Assembly: GCA_934277615.1 (NCBI GenBank)
Contig: CAKQUV010000001.1
Location: forward strand, 121,035 to 185,034
Source of the DNA: an uncultured Clostridia bacterium
GTDB lineage: Bacteria; Bacillota; Clostridia; Christensenellales; CAG-917
DNA: 64,000 nt
Reading direction: 5' to 3'
The notes beneath the pieces are model-generated. The model was not told the origin of the DNA and ran no database searches. It worked only from the letters and a program-made list of their open reading frames with translations. The position numbers and the translations under genes were made by a program. Positions 1 to 8,651 of the stretch are shown in pieces. Every line of letters begins with the position of its first letter. Position 1 is the stretch's first letter.

Positions 1-206
1 CCGTCGTGCGCCTCTACTGTCGTGCTTTTTGCGTCAACCGCAAGCGACAACACTTTTGCGACGTTGCTCATATCAACGTCCTGCGGCGAAAACTCAACCA
101 CTCTCTCTACGGACGGCGCGGTGTAAAACTTGCTTGCACTTATTTTCTCAAAATTGAACATATACTCCTCCGTTTCACAAAAACATATTCCGAAAAGTCT
201 TGCGAT

Positions 207-482
207 ATGACGAATAAATTTCAAATTATCGGCAAAAATCATTGTATGAGAGAAATCGGACAATCAATCACCGGCGCAAAAGAAAGAGTGCAAAAACTCG
301 TGGGCATACCCGTGCTTATGAAAATCAATACCGGAAGAGGAAAATCCACTCTTCTCAAAGGCGAGGTTACGGCGGTGTTCCCTGCCGTGTTCACGGTCAA
401 ATCCGACGACGGACAAAATCGCACCTTTTCATACTGCGACGTGCATACCAAAAACGTGCTGTTTCTCCCGCGCAAGGACTGA
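207..482 (+). CDS. veg: Veg-like small protein (DUF1021 family)
   Basis: Lies in ORF 6..482. An internal ATG at 207 (alternative 246) gives about 90 aa. LMKINTGRGKSTLLKGEVTAVFPAVFTVKSDDGQNRTFSYCDV matches my recollection of the B. subtilis Veg pattern. A strong terminator follows. Confidence 0.7.
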   Translation: MTNKFQIIGKNHCMREIGQSITGAKERVQKLVGIPVLMKINTGRGKSTLLKGEVTAVFPAVFTVKSDDGQNRTFSYCDVHTKNVLFLPRKD

Positions 483-664
483 AAACGGTATTTTGAATAT
501 ATTATGCGTATAAATAACGATATTTGCGTATAAGAAAAGGCGTTTCGGCAATAATCGTAATATATGGAAAACGCCGAAATCGACGCAAAAACAGTCGATT
601 TCGAAAGCACCCCAAAAGACGAAAACCATTGGCTTTCGCTCCTCATAATACTTCCCCTTATCAA

Positions 665-700
665 GCAAAAGACCGTCGCTTTGGACGGTCTTTTGCTTAT
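665..700. terminator. Bidirectional intrinsic terminator between convergent veg and protease genes
   Basis: 13-bp stem gcaaaagaccgtc/gacggtcttttgc with a 6-nt loop. An A-run lies upstream and a T-run downstream. Confidence 0.7.
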
Positions 701-771
701 ATAATTATTCGTGCTATTTGGTTGTTTTAGATATTAACCATAATTGCGGTTGCCTATTGTCGATATTGCTT

Positions 772-2664
772 TTACTCTTCCGTATCGTTCTTGGGCTCGT
801 CGATAAGCATCGGCTTTCTCTTCTTTGCCACAATCACGATGACGGTGATTATTGCCGCAAGCGCAATCGTAAGACCTACGATGAGCATTGACAAATCAAG
901 CGGACGAAGTATAAACGGCTTGACGATGGCGGTGAATTTGTATTGGAAATCCACAATTGAATTGTCGCCGAAACGTGCCGTAATATAATACGTGCCTGCT
1001 TTCTCGGGGGTGAAATCGAACGTCGCGCCGGATGCAACGTATTCGCCGTTGACGTACCACTTGGTTTCGGTGTTCGGATCGAGATATTTTACGCCCGTGA
1101 GCGCAAATGTCGTTGTTTCGGTTGTGTAAAGCGTTGCGCTCGAGGGTGCCTTCGATACGTCCTCTCCTGCTCTGTTTGCAAGCGTAACACGCACTTCGCC
1201 AACGTAATATTTTCCGTATTCTACGTGGATTTGTTGAGACGTTTCAAGCTTGTAATATGGCAACTTTGCCTTGACTATATAATCGCCGCCGCCCTGCGCC
1301 ACAAACGTCGTGCTCTTGCCTCTGCCGAGAGAGTGCTCTTCAAGCACGGCGGTATCGTCTGCGTCTTTTATCTTTTGCACAACCCATTCGACGCTGTTTT
1401 CGATTGCGGGATCAACCGCTCCGAGAGGCGCAATTTGCACGTCGAAATCGACGGGGGCTATTGCGTCCGCGCGCATATAAACCATATCGGTATAATCGCC
1501 CTCACCCAACGTGCCGTTGTGAACGAGCGTCATTTCGGTAGGAGTCGAATATCCGAGGTTTACGTCGTCGAGATTTGCGCTTGCGACCGTCAAAAGGTTG
1601 AGCGCGGGGAAAGTGTATGCGGAACTCGTGGAAGTCGCGCTTACGCTCACGGTCTTGGGATAATTCATCTTGCAGACAAGTCTTGCAACCGTTCTCGAAT
1701 CGACTTCTCTCGATTGCACTTTGCAGCGGAGTTTCAAAAGAGCGCTTGCAAAGCTCACGCTTGCCGCCGAAAGACTCGTGCCTGTCGCGTTGCCGTATGC
1801 GTTTGCGCCGATATAGCCCTTGGACGTATAGATATCTTGTCCCGGGGCGCAGATGTCCGTCGTATCGTGATAGAAAGACGACGAGTAAAGATTGCCGTCC
1901 GTGCCTTGGTTGGCAACGGATATCACGTTTGGCAAAGAAGCGGGATAGAACGCTTGATTTCTGCTGTCGGCACTCGATTGTTTGTTGCCCGCCGCCGCCA
2001 CGACCACGGAAGTTTCGCTGGCTTTGGATATCGCCAACTCAAAGGCGTTTCTTGCCGATTTGCCGTTGTCGTTGTAGCCTGCCGGCAAAAAGCCGAGGGA
2101 CATATTGACAACGTCCGCTTTGGCGTTGTTTGTCGCCCACTCCACCGCTTTTGTAAGGCTTGCAAGAGTAAATTTATTGTCGCCTTTGTCCGCTTTTATC
2201 GGATAAATTTTGATATAATCTTCAAGTCCGAACTCTTTGATGAGCATTGCTATTGCGCCTGCCACTTCCGAGCCGTGCTTTGTGGAGTTGTCGGATATAT
2301 CCACACTTCCGTCGGAGTTTACGCCGTTTGTATTGTAACCGAGGATTTCGCCTTTTGCGTTTTTGGCAAGTACGCCGTCAAAAAGCTCGTGCGACGCGTC
2401 TATACCCGTATCTATCACCGCGATAACGATAGGTTTGTCTATGCCGCTCAAATTCCAGTTTTCGGCAGCAATAACGGCTTTTGCGCCTTGCACGTCCAAA
2501 AAACCGTCCTTGTAATAGGACAAATCGTCTGTGTTTTTTTCTCCCCACGTCGTCGCATACGCAACGGAGGACGCGGGAGTGAGCACAGCCGAAAACACGC
2601 TTGCCGTAAGGACAAGCAGCGTTATTATCGCAATTATTCTCTTATTTGCAAGAGTAAGTTTCAT
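772..2664 (-). CDS. Secreted, membrane-anchored subtilisin-like serine protease (peptidase S8)
   Basis: D-H-S triad motifs occur in order: AVIDTGID, HGSEVAG, GTSLSAASV, plus the oxyanion motif AAAGN. Signal peptide is MKLTLANKRIIAIITLLVLTASVFSA, with the start moved to M13 at 2664. The C-terminus has beta-rich repeats and one TM anchor (LIVGLTIALAAIITVIVIV). Confidence 0.85.
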   Translation of the reverse strand: MKLTLANKRIIAIITLLVLTASVFSAVLTPASSVAYATTWGEKNTDDLSYYKDGFLDVQGAKAVIAAENWNLSGIDKPIVIAVIDTGIDASHELFDGVLAKNAKGEILGYNTNGVNSDGSVDISDNSTKHGSEVAGAIAMLIKEFGLEDYIKIYPIKADKGDNKFTLASLTKAVEWATNNAKADVVNMSLGFLPAGYNDNGKSARNAFELAISKASETSVVVAAAGNKQSSADSRNQAFYPASLPNVISVANQGTDGNLYSSSFYHDTTDICAPGQDIYTSKGYIGANAYGNATGTSLSAASVSFASALLKLRCKVQSREVDSRTVARLVCKMNYPKTVSVSATSTSSAYTFPALNLLTVASANLDDVNLGYSTPTEMTLVHNGTLGEGDYTDMVYMRADAIAPVDFDVQIAPLGAVDPAIENSVEWVVQKIKDADDTAVLEEHSLGRGKSTTFVAQGGGDYIVKAKLPYYKLETSQQIHVEYGKYYVGEVRVTLANRAGEDVSKAPSSATLYTTETTTFALTGVKYLDPNTETKWYVNGEYVASGATFDFTPEKAGTYYITARFGDNSIVDFQYKFTAIVKPFILRPLDLSMLIVGLTIALAAIITVIVIVAKKRKPMLIDEPKNDTEE

Positions 2665-2665
2665 T

Positions 2666-4111
2666 TTATGCCTTTTGGAGCAAGTCAAGCGAGTACGCAA
2701 GACGGCGCATTGTTTCGTCTTTTTTGAGCACTACCGCCATTTCGATAGCGCCGCCGGGGGTTACGGGTGCGCCGGTGAGCGCAACGCGCATTGAGAACAT
2801 AACTTGTCCGCTCTTTACTCCCACTTGTTCGGAATAGGTTTTTATACGCTCTTTGATAGCGTCCGCGTTCCAATCCTCGAAGTCTTTGAGTGCGTCGATT
2901 GCGGTCTGAACCGCTACCTTTGCGACGTCCTTGTTGACTTTCATCTTTTGATGCTCGTAAAGCGCAAGATCATATTCGCCAAACTCATTGAGGAATGCAA
3001 GTTTTTCAGGGATTTCGCTCAAGATATCAACTCTGGTTTGCATAAGCGAGGCAAGCTCTTTGACGTCGAAATCTTTGCCGTCGATTGCCTTTTCAATCCA
3101 CGGCTTTGCGACGGTCTCAAACTCCTCGGGGGTCATCGCCTTAAGATATTCGCCGTTGAGCCAACGCATCTTTGCCTCGTCGAAAATGGAACTGCTGTGA
3201 GAGATGCCGTCTGTGTCAAACTCCTCTATCATCTCTTGCATGGTCATTTTCTCTTTGTTGTTCTTGGGGCACCAGCCCAAAAGCGCGATATAGTTTACGA
3301 CTGCCTCGGGAAGATATCCTTTTGCGATAAAGTCCTCAAAGTTGGCGTCGCCGAAACGCTTGGAAAGTTTGCGCGTGGCGTCTTTCATAATGGGCGGAAG
3401 GTGCATATACATAGGTCTTTCCCATCCGAACGCGTCGTAAATGAGGTTATATTTGGGAGTGGAACTCAAATACTCCGTGCCTCTGATAACGTGCGTGATA
3501 CCCATAAGGTGGTCGTCGACGACGTTTGCGAAGTTGTACGTCGGAAGCCCGTCGCTCTTGAGAAGAACACCGTCCTCTATGTCCGCGCTGTCAACGCTTA
3601 TCTCTCCGAAAACCATATCCGTGTAGCTGGACACAACGCCCTCGGGCACTTTTTGTCTTATTACGTACGGCTCGCCTGCCGCAAGACGTTTTTGCACTTC
3701 CTCTTTGGAAAGATTACGGCAATGCTTGTCATAAGTGTGCACGCCGTTGGCGTCTTTGAGGCTTTCAAGCCTTTCTTTGTCGCAGAAACAATAGTACGCA
3801 CCGCCGAGTTCGACGAGTTTTTCGGCGTACTCTTTGTATATGCCCATACGCTCGGTTTGCACGTAAGGACCGTATCCGCCGTCTTTGTCGGGGCCTTCGT
3901 CGTAGGTGATACCCGCGGTTGCAAGCGTGCGATATACCATCTCGACTGCGCCTTCGACCTTTCTTTCTTGGTCGGTGTCCTCTATACGCAAAATAAACTT
4001 ACCGCCGTTTTTGCGTGCAAACAAAAACGCGTACAATCCCGTGCGGAGATTGCCGATATGCATAAAGCCCGTCGGGGACGGAGCAAATCTCGTTCTAACC
4101 GTGTTACTCAT
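2666..4111 (-). CDS. gltX: Glutamate--tRNA ligase
   Basis: The N-terminus RFAPSPTGFMHIGNLRTGLY is the class I HIGH-type motif and KLSKR is the KMSKS-type motif. Length is 481 aa. Confidence 0.95.
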   Translation of the reverse strand: MSNTVRTRFAPSPTGFMHIGNLRTGLYAFLFARKNGGKFILRIEDTDQERKVEGAVEMVYRTLATAGITYDEGPDKDGGYGPYVQTERMGIYKEYAEKLVELGGAYYCFCDKERLESLKDANGVHTYDKHCRNLSKEEVQKRLAAGEPYVIRQKVPEGVVSSYTDMVFGEISVDSADIEDGVLLKSDGLPTYNFANVVDDHLMGITHVIRGTEYLSSTPKYNLIYDAFGWERPMYMHLPPIMKDATRKLSKRFGDANFEDFIAKGYLPEAVVNYIALLGWCPKNNKEKMTMQEMIEEFDTDGISHSSSIFDEAKMRWLNGEYLKAMTPEEFETVAKPWIEKAIDGKDFDVKELASLMQTRVDILSEIPEKLAFLNEFGEYDLALYEHQKMKVNKDVAKVAVQTAIDALKDFEDWNADAIKERIKTYSEQVGVKSGQVMFSMRVALTGAPVTPGGAIEMAVVLKKDETMRRLAYSLDLLQKA

Positions 4112-4835
4112 AAAAATTTATACCTTCTTTCAAACAGTTCTTTACATTTTTGATTTTGTCGAGCATACCTTGCTCTTCAAACGAATAATAGTTTGCACCG
4201 CTAAACACATAGTGGTCAAGAAGCGCAATCCCCATTGCCGAGAGCGTCGTATATAGTTCTTGCGTTACATCCACGTCCTTTTGAGACGGTGAGGGATTTC
4301 CGCTGGGGTGATTGTGTGCGACAACCACATTGCACGCTTTGTTTTTGAGTGCGAAATCGACAATGACTCTCACATTGAGTTCCACTGCGTCGGCACTGCC
4401 TTTTGCAAGGCATCTTGCGTCTATCAAGCCGTCTCTGGCGTCGAGTGCGATTGCGTATAATTCCTCTTCGCGCAAGCCGTAAAACTTGTTGCCGAGAAAC
4501 TTGCGTATCTCTCCCCTGCCTTTTAGCGTTTGCTTTTCGCCCTCGCAATCTTGCATATATCTGCGCAAAATCTCGGGCAAACACGCAAAGAAAAGCGACG
4601 CGTTTTGCGTCATGCCGGCAATCTCGTTCAATCTCTTTTCGTCGGCGTTGAGAACGCCCGCCAATGAGCCGAATTTGTCAATAAGCGCATGCGCTATCTC
4701 GTTTGTGTCTTTTCTGGGCACGAACGCGTACAAAAGATATTCCAATATCTCGTGTTCTTCCAAAGTTGCTACGCCGCTTTTGCGTATGCGTGCACGCATA
4801 CGTTCGCGGTGTCCTTCGTGTACTTGTTTAGCCAT
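4104..4835 (-). CDS. radC: RadC-like JAB/MPN domain protein (UPF0758)
   Basis: The JAMM motif HNHPSGNPSPSQKD is present, with an N-terminal HhH-like region. The likely start is M19 (MAKQVHEGHRERM) at 4835. It overlaps the gltX start by 8 nt. Confidence 0.85.
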   Translation of the reverse strand: MAKQVHEGHRERMRARIRKSGVATLEEHEILEYLLYAFVPRKDTNEIAHALIDKFGSLAGVLNADEKRLNEIAGMTQNASLFFACLPEILRRYMQDCEGEKQTLKGRGEIRKFLGNKFYGLREEELYAIALDARDGLIDARCLAKGSADAVELNVRVIVDFALKNKACNVVVAHNHPSGNPSPSQKDVDVTQELYTTLSAMGIALLDHYVFSGANYYSFEEQGMLDKIKNVKNCLKEGINFYE

Positions 4836-4893
4836 TTTTAGTTTGCAGGGCAATACTTTTGCGTTGCTATCCTCTTTCGTCTTATTCAAACGC

Positions 4894-5310
4894 TCACAGT
4901 TCCGGATATTCCTTAAAGACGGTCTCGTCCAACTTAACGAGGCGTATAAGCACGGTTAGAGCGTCGTTTTCGTCCTTAAACCCATAGGTTTTGCCGATAA
5001 CCTTCCACGCTCCGTATGCGTGCAAAAAGTCGTACCAAAAATAACACTCGTCTTGAAGTTGGAAAATTTCGAGATAACTGAAAGACTCGTATTTGCTCCA
5101 ATGTTTAAGCACGTCGATGAGCGCGTTGACCTCTTCGTTGTCGTCGTAACGCGCGTGAATAAATTGAAGCATATACTTCTTGACCTCTTTGGAGAATGTC
5201 ATAACGCCTTGTTTGGCGTTTTCGATGTCCTTTATGATTGCGGCGATTTCGGGATCGTCGCTGTGTTTTTTGAGGACTTTTTGGCACGGAAATGCAAATG
5301 CGTTCGTCAT
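4894..5310 (-). CDS. Hypothetical protein (138 aa), no recognisable motif
   Basis: The ORF is co-directional with radC at a 5-nt gap. Composition is protein-like and aromatic-rich (FWYDFLHAYGAWK). Confidence 0.5.
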   Translation of the reverse strand: MTNAFAFPCQKVLKKHSDDPEIAAIIKDIENAKQGVMTFSKEVKKYMLQFIHARYDDNEEVNALIDVLKHWSKYESFSYLEIFQLQDECYFWYDFLHAYGAWKVIGKTYGFKDENDALTVLIRLVKLDETVFKEYPEL

Positions 5311-5391
5311 AATGCTTAATATTATAAACTAAACTAGTTTATAAATCAAGACGAATTGCACATTTGCGGTTTTTTCACGCCCTGCGAGGTT

Positions 5392-6114
5392 TTACGATTG
5401 GGCGGCAAACGCACATATTCCGTCCGCAATTACGCTTGCGATTCTAAATTGATACTCGGTTAAAATCAAATTTCTTTCGTCGGCAAAATTGCTCAAAAAC
5501 CCGCATTCTATAATGACGGACGGATAAGGACTACATTCGAGAAGATACTTTTTCGCACATAGCGGAGCGTATTCCCGTCCGCCGTCCGCAAGATTGATTT
5601 TTGCGTTGAGAATTGATTGCAAAACGTTTGCAAGCCTTGCGCCGTCCTCGCTTTTCTTGTTGAAAAACACTTGCGAGCCTCGGCGCGTGGGTGCGGAATA
5701 AAAATTTTGATGTATGCTGACCACCGCAAACGGCTTTGCCTCGTTGATAATCTCCCCGCGCTTAAACATATCCGCACGCTTTTTGTTGTTGTTTATCCCC
5801 TCAAACTCGTGCATTGCGTCGTTGCGCCGAGTGAACACGACGGTGTATCCGCGCGCTTTTAGAATTTCACCCAAGTAGATTGCTATTTTGAGGTTGACGA
5901 CCTTCTCTTCAATACCCGTTTTGATGCCCGTTACCCCCGAGTCTATCCCGCCGTGCCCTGCGTCTATCACTATTGTGGACTCGTGCGCTTTTTCGGTATT
6001 TACGGCGTTGATTATAAAGGGTGCGGAGGCGCAATACGACACCAAAAGCACCGCCATAAGGATTGCGCCGATTTTTGAATATTCTTTTTTGTTTCGACTC
6101 TTTTCGACACGCAT
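5392..6114 (-). CDS. cwlD: N-acetylmuramoyl-L-alanine amidase, CwlD-like (Amidase_3)
   Basis: Motifs are IVIDAGHGGIDSGVTG, VSIHQNF and ECGFLSN, with an N-terminal TM/signal segment. The start was moved to M23 (6114) because the longer ORF would run through the DnaA-box cluster. Confidence 0.8.
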   Translation of the reverse strand: MRVEKSRNKKEYSKIGAILMAVLLVSYCASAPFIINAVNTEKAHESTIVIDAGHGGIDSGVTGIKTGIEEKVVNLKIAIYLGEILKARGYTVVFTRRNDAMHEFEGINNNKKRADMFKRGEIINEAKPFAVVSIHQNFYSAPTRRGSQVFFNKKSEDGARLANVLQSILNAKINLADGGREYAPLCAKKYLLECSPYPSVIIECGFLSNFADERNLILTEYQFRIASVIADGICAFAAQS

Positions 6115-6160
6115 ATAGTTACAAAAGCAATTATATTCACGACGGCATAAAAATACGTGT

Positions 6161-6216
6161 TTTTCCACAAAGTTATCCACATTTTGACCTCAGATTGTGG
6201 ACAACTCGGTGGATAA
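6161..6216. promoter_or_regulatory. Cluster of four DnaA-box-like 9-mers in a divergent promoter region
   Basis: The boxes are TTTTCCACA (6161-6169), perfect TTATCCACA (6173-6181), tgtggacaa = TTGTCCACA on minus (6196-6204) and ggtggataa = TTATCCACC on minus (6208-6216). The arrangement is two-plus-two, head to head. Confidence 0.55.
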
Positions 6217-6399
6217 CCCCGTTTTCGACAAAATTTTCACCTCGTTAGAATACCGCTTTTTCAATAAGGTTTTTATGGTATTCTGCGTGCGTTTTTCGGC
6301 TCAATTCGACAATTTTCGCAAATCTATCTTGCCGTATTTTTCATTCTCTCTCGTCATATCGCAAAAGCTATTCGCATACGCTTTTTCGAGGTGTAAATT

Positions 6400-7356
6400 A
6401 TGACTCAATTTTCTCAATTGCAAAACAAACCCGTGCTTGAAAGAGAATCGTCCAATATTGTCGGACGCATAAAAAATGCATATTTTTCGCAAGGATGCAA
6501 ATGTATTGTATATTTGGTTATGAATAGTTGCAAAAACGGAGAGGAAACGCTTATTCCGTTTGACGACGTTTTGTCTTTTAAGGATGCAATCGTCGTGCAA
6601 AATTCCGTAAACTTCAAAAGCGCGCAAGATATAGACTTCACCGCCTTTACGACGGGAATTATGGATATGCCTATATATACGCAAGCGGGCGTACTGAAAG
6701 GCACCGTAAATGAAATCGAGTTCTCTCAAAGCGGAAAAGTGAGCAAAATATGCACGGAAACAGAGCAATTTTCGCCGTCGGCAATACTCTCTGTCGGCAA
6801 TGCGATAATCCTCAAGGGCGCGCAAAAAACGCCAAAAACAAAACCCGTCAAAATTCCCCGTCCGAGCGTTGAAACGCTTGCTGTGATAGAAACCGGCAAT
6901 CTATCCGCCCAAAAAGATAGCGCAAAGGTGAATGTTGCAAGGGATATTTGGGGCGGCACACGAAACGACGCCGACGACACGACGAACGATACGCCTAACG
7001 ATACGAAAATCACTGAAACGGCAACCGATGTCAAGCCCGATTATATTTTGCAAAACGCCGTATTGAAAACCGCACCGCCCGCAGTGTTCGTATCGGGCAA
7101 TTCTCCGCTCTTTACAAAGGACGCATTTGACGCAATCGTCGGCGAAGAGAGCGAATATGAAGATACACACACACCCACTCGCGTAATTTGCGATTATGAA
7201 TTTCTTTTGGGCAGAGTACTGGGGCAAGACCTATATACGTACGCAAACGTGCCTATTGCCAAGAAAGGAGATATCGTCACGGACGAACTCGTAAGCAAAG
7301 CCCGCCTTGCCGGCAAACTCGTCGAACTCACCTTAAATAGCATAAAGCAAGAGTGA
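6400..7356 (+). CDS. PRC-barrel-like domain protein with low-complexity linker
   Basis: RBS gaggtg lies 7 nt upstream. The N-terminal ~120 aa resembles YlmC/YmxH-type PRC barrels (LxxKPVxxxxxxxxGxIxxxxFxxxxxxIxYLV...IPFDDV). A central Asp/Thr-rich linker follows. Confidence 0.55.
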   Translation: MTQFSQLQNKPVLERESSNIVGRIKNAYFSQGCKCIVYLVMNSCKNGEETLIPFDDVLSFKDAIVVQNSVNFKSAQDIDFTAFTTGIMDMPIYTQAGVLKGTVNEIEFSQSGKVSKICTETEQFSPSAILSVGNAIILKGAQKTPKTKPVKIPRPSVETLAVIETGNLSAQKDSAKVNVARDIWGGTRNDADDTTNDTPNDTKITETATDVKPDYILQNAVLKTAPPAVFVSGNSPLFTKDAFDAIVGEESEYEDTHTPTRVICDYEFLLGRVLGQDLYTYANVPIAKKGDIVTDELVSKARLAGKLVELTLNSIKQE

Positions 7357-7420
7357 TAAAATTGTAACTACTTCTCTGCCACGCCTTGTATAAAGACGTG
7401 GCAAACGTTTTATATTAGCA

Positions 7421-7630
7421 TTAATAATTCTTTCTTCCAACGAGATAATCTATATCTACGTCAAAATAATCAGCCAAAAGCCACAAGGATTTTATGCTCG
7501 GTTCTTTCTTTTCAAGCAACCACGCACTTATGGTATTTTGTTTCAAACCGATTTTTTCGGCAAGTTTGCTTTGATTTAAGCCCTCGTCTTTCATAAGTTC
7601 TTTAATTCTTTTTGCAACTATTATTTCCAT
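7421..7630 (-). CDS. XRE-family helix-turn-helix transcriptional regulator
   Basis: LNQSKLAEKIGLKQNTISAWLLEKKEPSIKSLWLLADYFDVDIDYLVGR is the typical Cro/C1 HTH plus a DYL tail. The start was taken at M12. Confidence 0.8.
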   Translation of the reverse strand: MEIIVAKRIKELMKDEGLNQSKLAEKIGLKQNTISAWLLEKKEPSIKSLWLLADYFDVDIDYLVGRKNY

Positions 7631-7656
7631 AATGCAATACCTTCTATAAAAAAGTA

Positions 7657-7685
7657 TTGACATTTTAGCACTAAGGTAGTAATAT
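7657..7685 (+). promoter_or_regulatory. Sigma-A-type promoter for the 7728 gene
   Basis: TTGACA, a 17-nt spacer, then TAATAT. It lies about 40 nt upstream of the RBS ggaggt and ATG 7728, and overlaps the divergent XRE gene start. Confidence 0.5.
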
Positions 7686-7727
7686 TATGACAAACAAGCC
7701 CCTTGGGGCTAATGGAGGTAAAAAGAT

Positions 7728-8069
7728 ATGGGAATTAAAAACTTTTTCAAAAATATGCTCAGAATGAACACTGTTTGTTTGGGCAAAGTGAACGGATCCG
7801 GATTTGCCGGTTGCTACGTCGGACTTGCAAAGAAAAACGACGCTCCCGCATTGATGTTTTTCGGCTCGTCCTTGAAAGAGGATTATATCTTCAACAAAGA
7901 CGATATCGAAAACGTCACCGTTATCGGCAACGGTATGGAGAAAAATGCGAAAGGCGCAATGAGTTCGGTTACGAAGTATCAATTGAAATTCAAAGACGGC
8001 AAAACCGCAATTTGCTCAATAGACCAAAACGGCAGTTTTGTCAGCAATTTTGAAGCAAGAATATTCTAA
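7728..8069 (+). CDS. Hypothetical small protein (113 aa)
   Basis: It has a strong RBS (ggaggtaaaaagatATG), a consensus-like promoter and a strong terminator. It is divergent from an XRE regulator, forming a regulator/cargo pair. Confidence 0.6.
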   Translation: MGIKNFFKNMLRMNTVCLGKVNGSGFAGCYVGLAKKNDAPALMFFGSSLKEDYIFNKDDIENVTVIGNGMEKNAKGAMSSVTKYQLKFKDGKTAICSIDQNGSFVSNFEARIF

Positions 8070-8082
8070 TATTCATTATTGC

Positions 8083-8124
8083 AAAAAGCCCTCGTTACTC
8101 CAAGGACGAGGGCTTTTATTTTTT
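8083..8124 (+). terminator. Intrinsic terminator
   Basis: Stem gccctcgt/acgagggc, followed by the T-run ttttatttttt. Confidence 0.75.
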
Positions 8125-8651
8125 ATATTGAATATACTATAACTAATTGTAAATCTAAATAAATATCTTCTTTTTTATAAAAGTATCATCAATCAAAATA
8201 TTCCATCAGCGCAATTTATTGCGCCTAACGTTGCTCGTAGACAGGCGGAGCCAACGCAAAATCCGTCATCGCGATGATGACAATAAACTCGTTTATTGCC
8301 ATAAATCGCATTTGAATTTTGCTTTTCTAATCGCGCCGATAATTTTTGCTACTATATCTAATAGATACAAAACAACTACCACAATTTCGCAAAATTATCG
8401 GCTTGATGTTTTACCGTTTAATAAACGTTGCTCGTAGACAGGCGGAGCCGTAGTTTATAGAACGACGAAAAATCGTTGTGAGCATCAACTTTCTATCCGA
8501 GCAACTGCCGAGCCGTCTCAAAGTTGCGAGCCCATACGCAAAAAAGCAAGGCTTTGCTTGCTTTTTTGTAGGACGTTTGCGCCTAAATATGTGTCAAGTT
8601 ATCTCAGAGAGATAAGTGACACGTGTTTAGCATTCGGCGCAAAGAAAGTCG

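Noticed and set aside
6161-6216. Chromosomal origin (oriC)
   Set aside because: There are only four boxes, no adjacent dnaA/dnaN, and no obvious AT-rich unwinding element. I treat it as a secondary DnaA-box cluster or a regulated promoter instead.
6301-6825. ORF 6301..6825 on the minus strand (174 aa) overlapping the PRC-barrel gene
   Set aside because: It is Arg/Phe/Tyr-rich and low-complexity, lies antisense to a gene with a good RBS, and has no motif.
7377-7403. Hairpin tgccacg/cgtggca between the convergent PRC-barrel and XRE genes
   Set aside because: The stem is only 7 bp with a 13-nt loop and a weak T-run. This is too weak to call a terminator.
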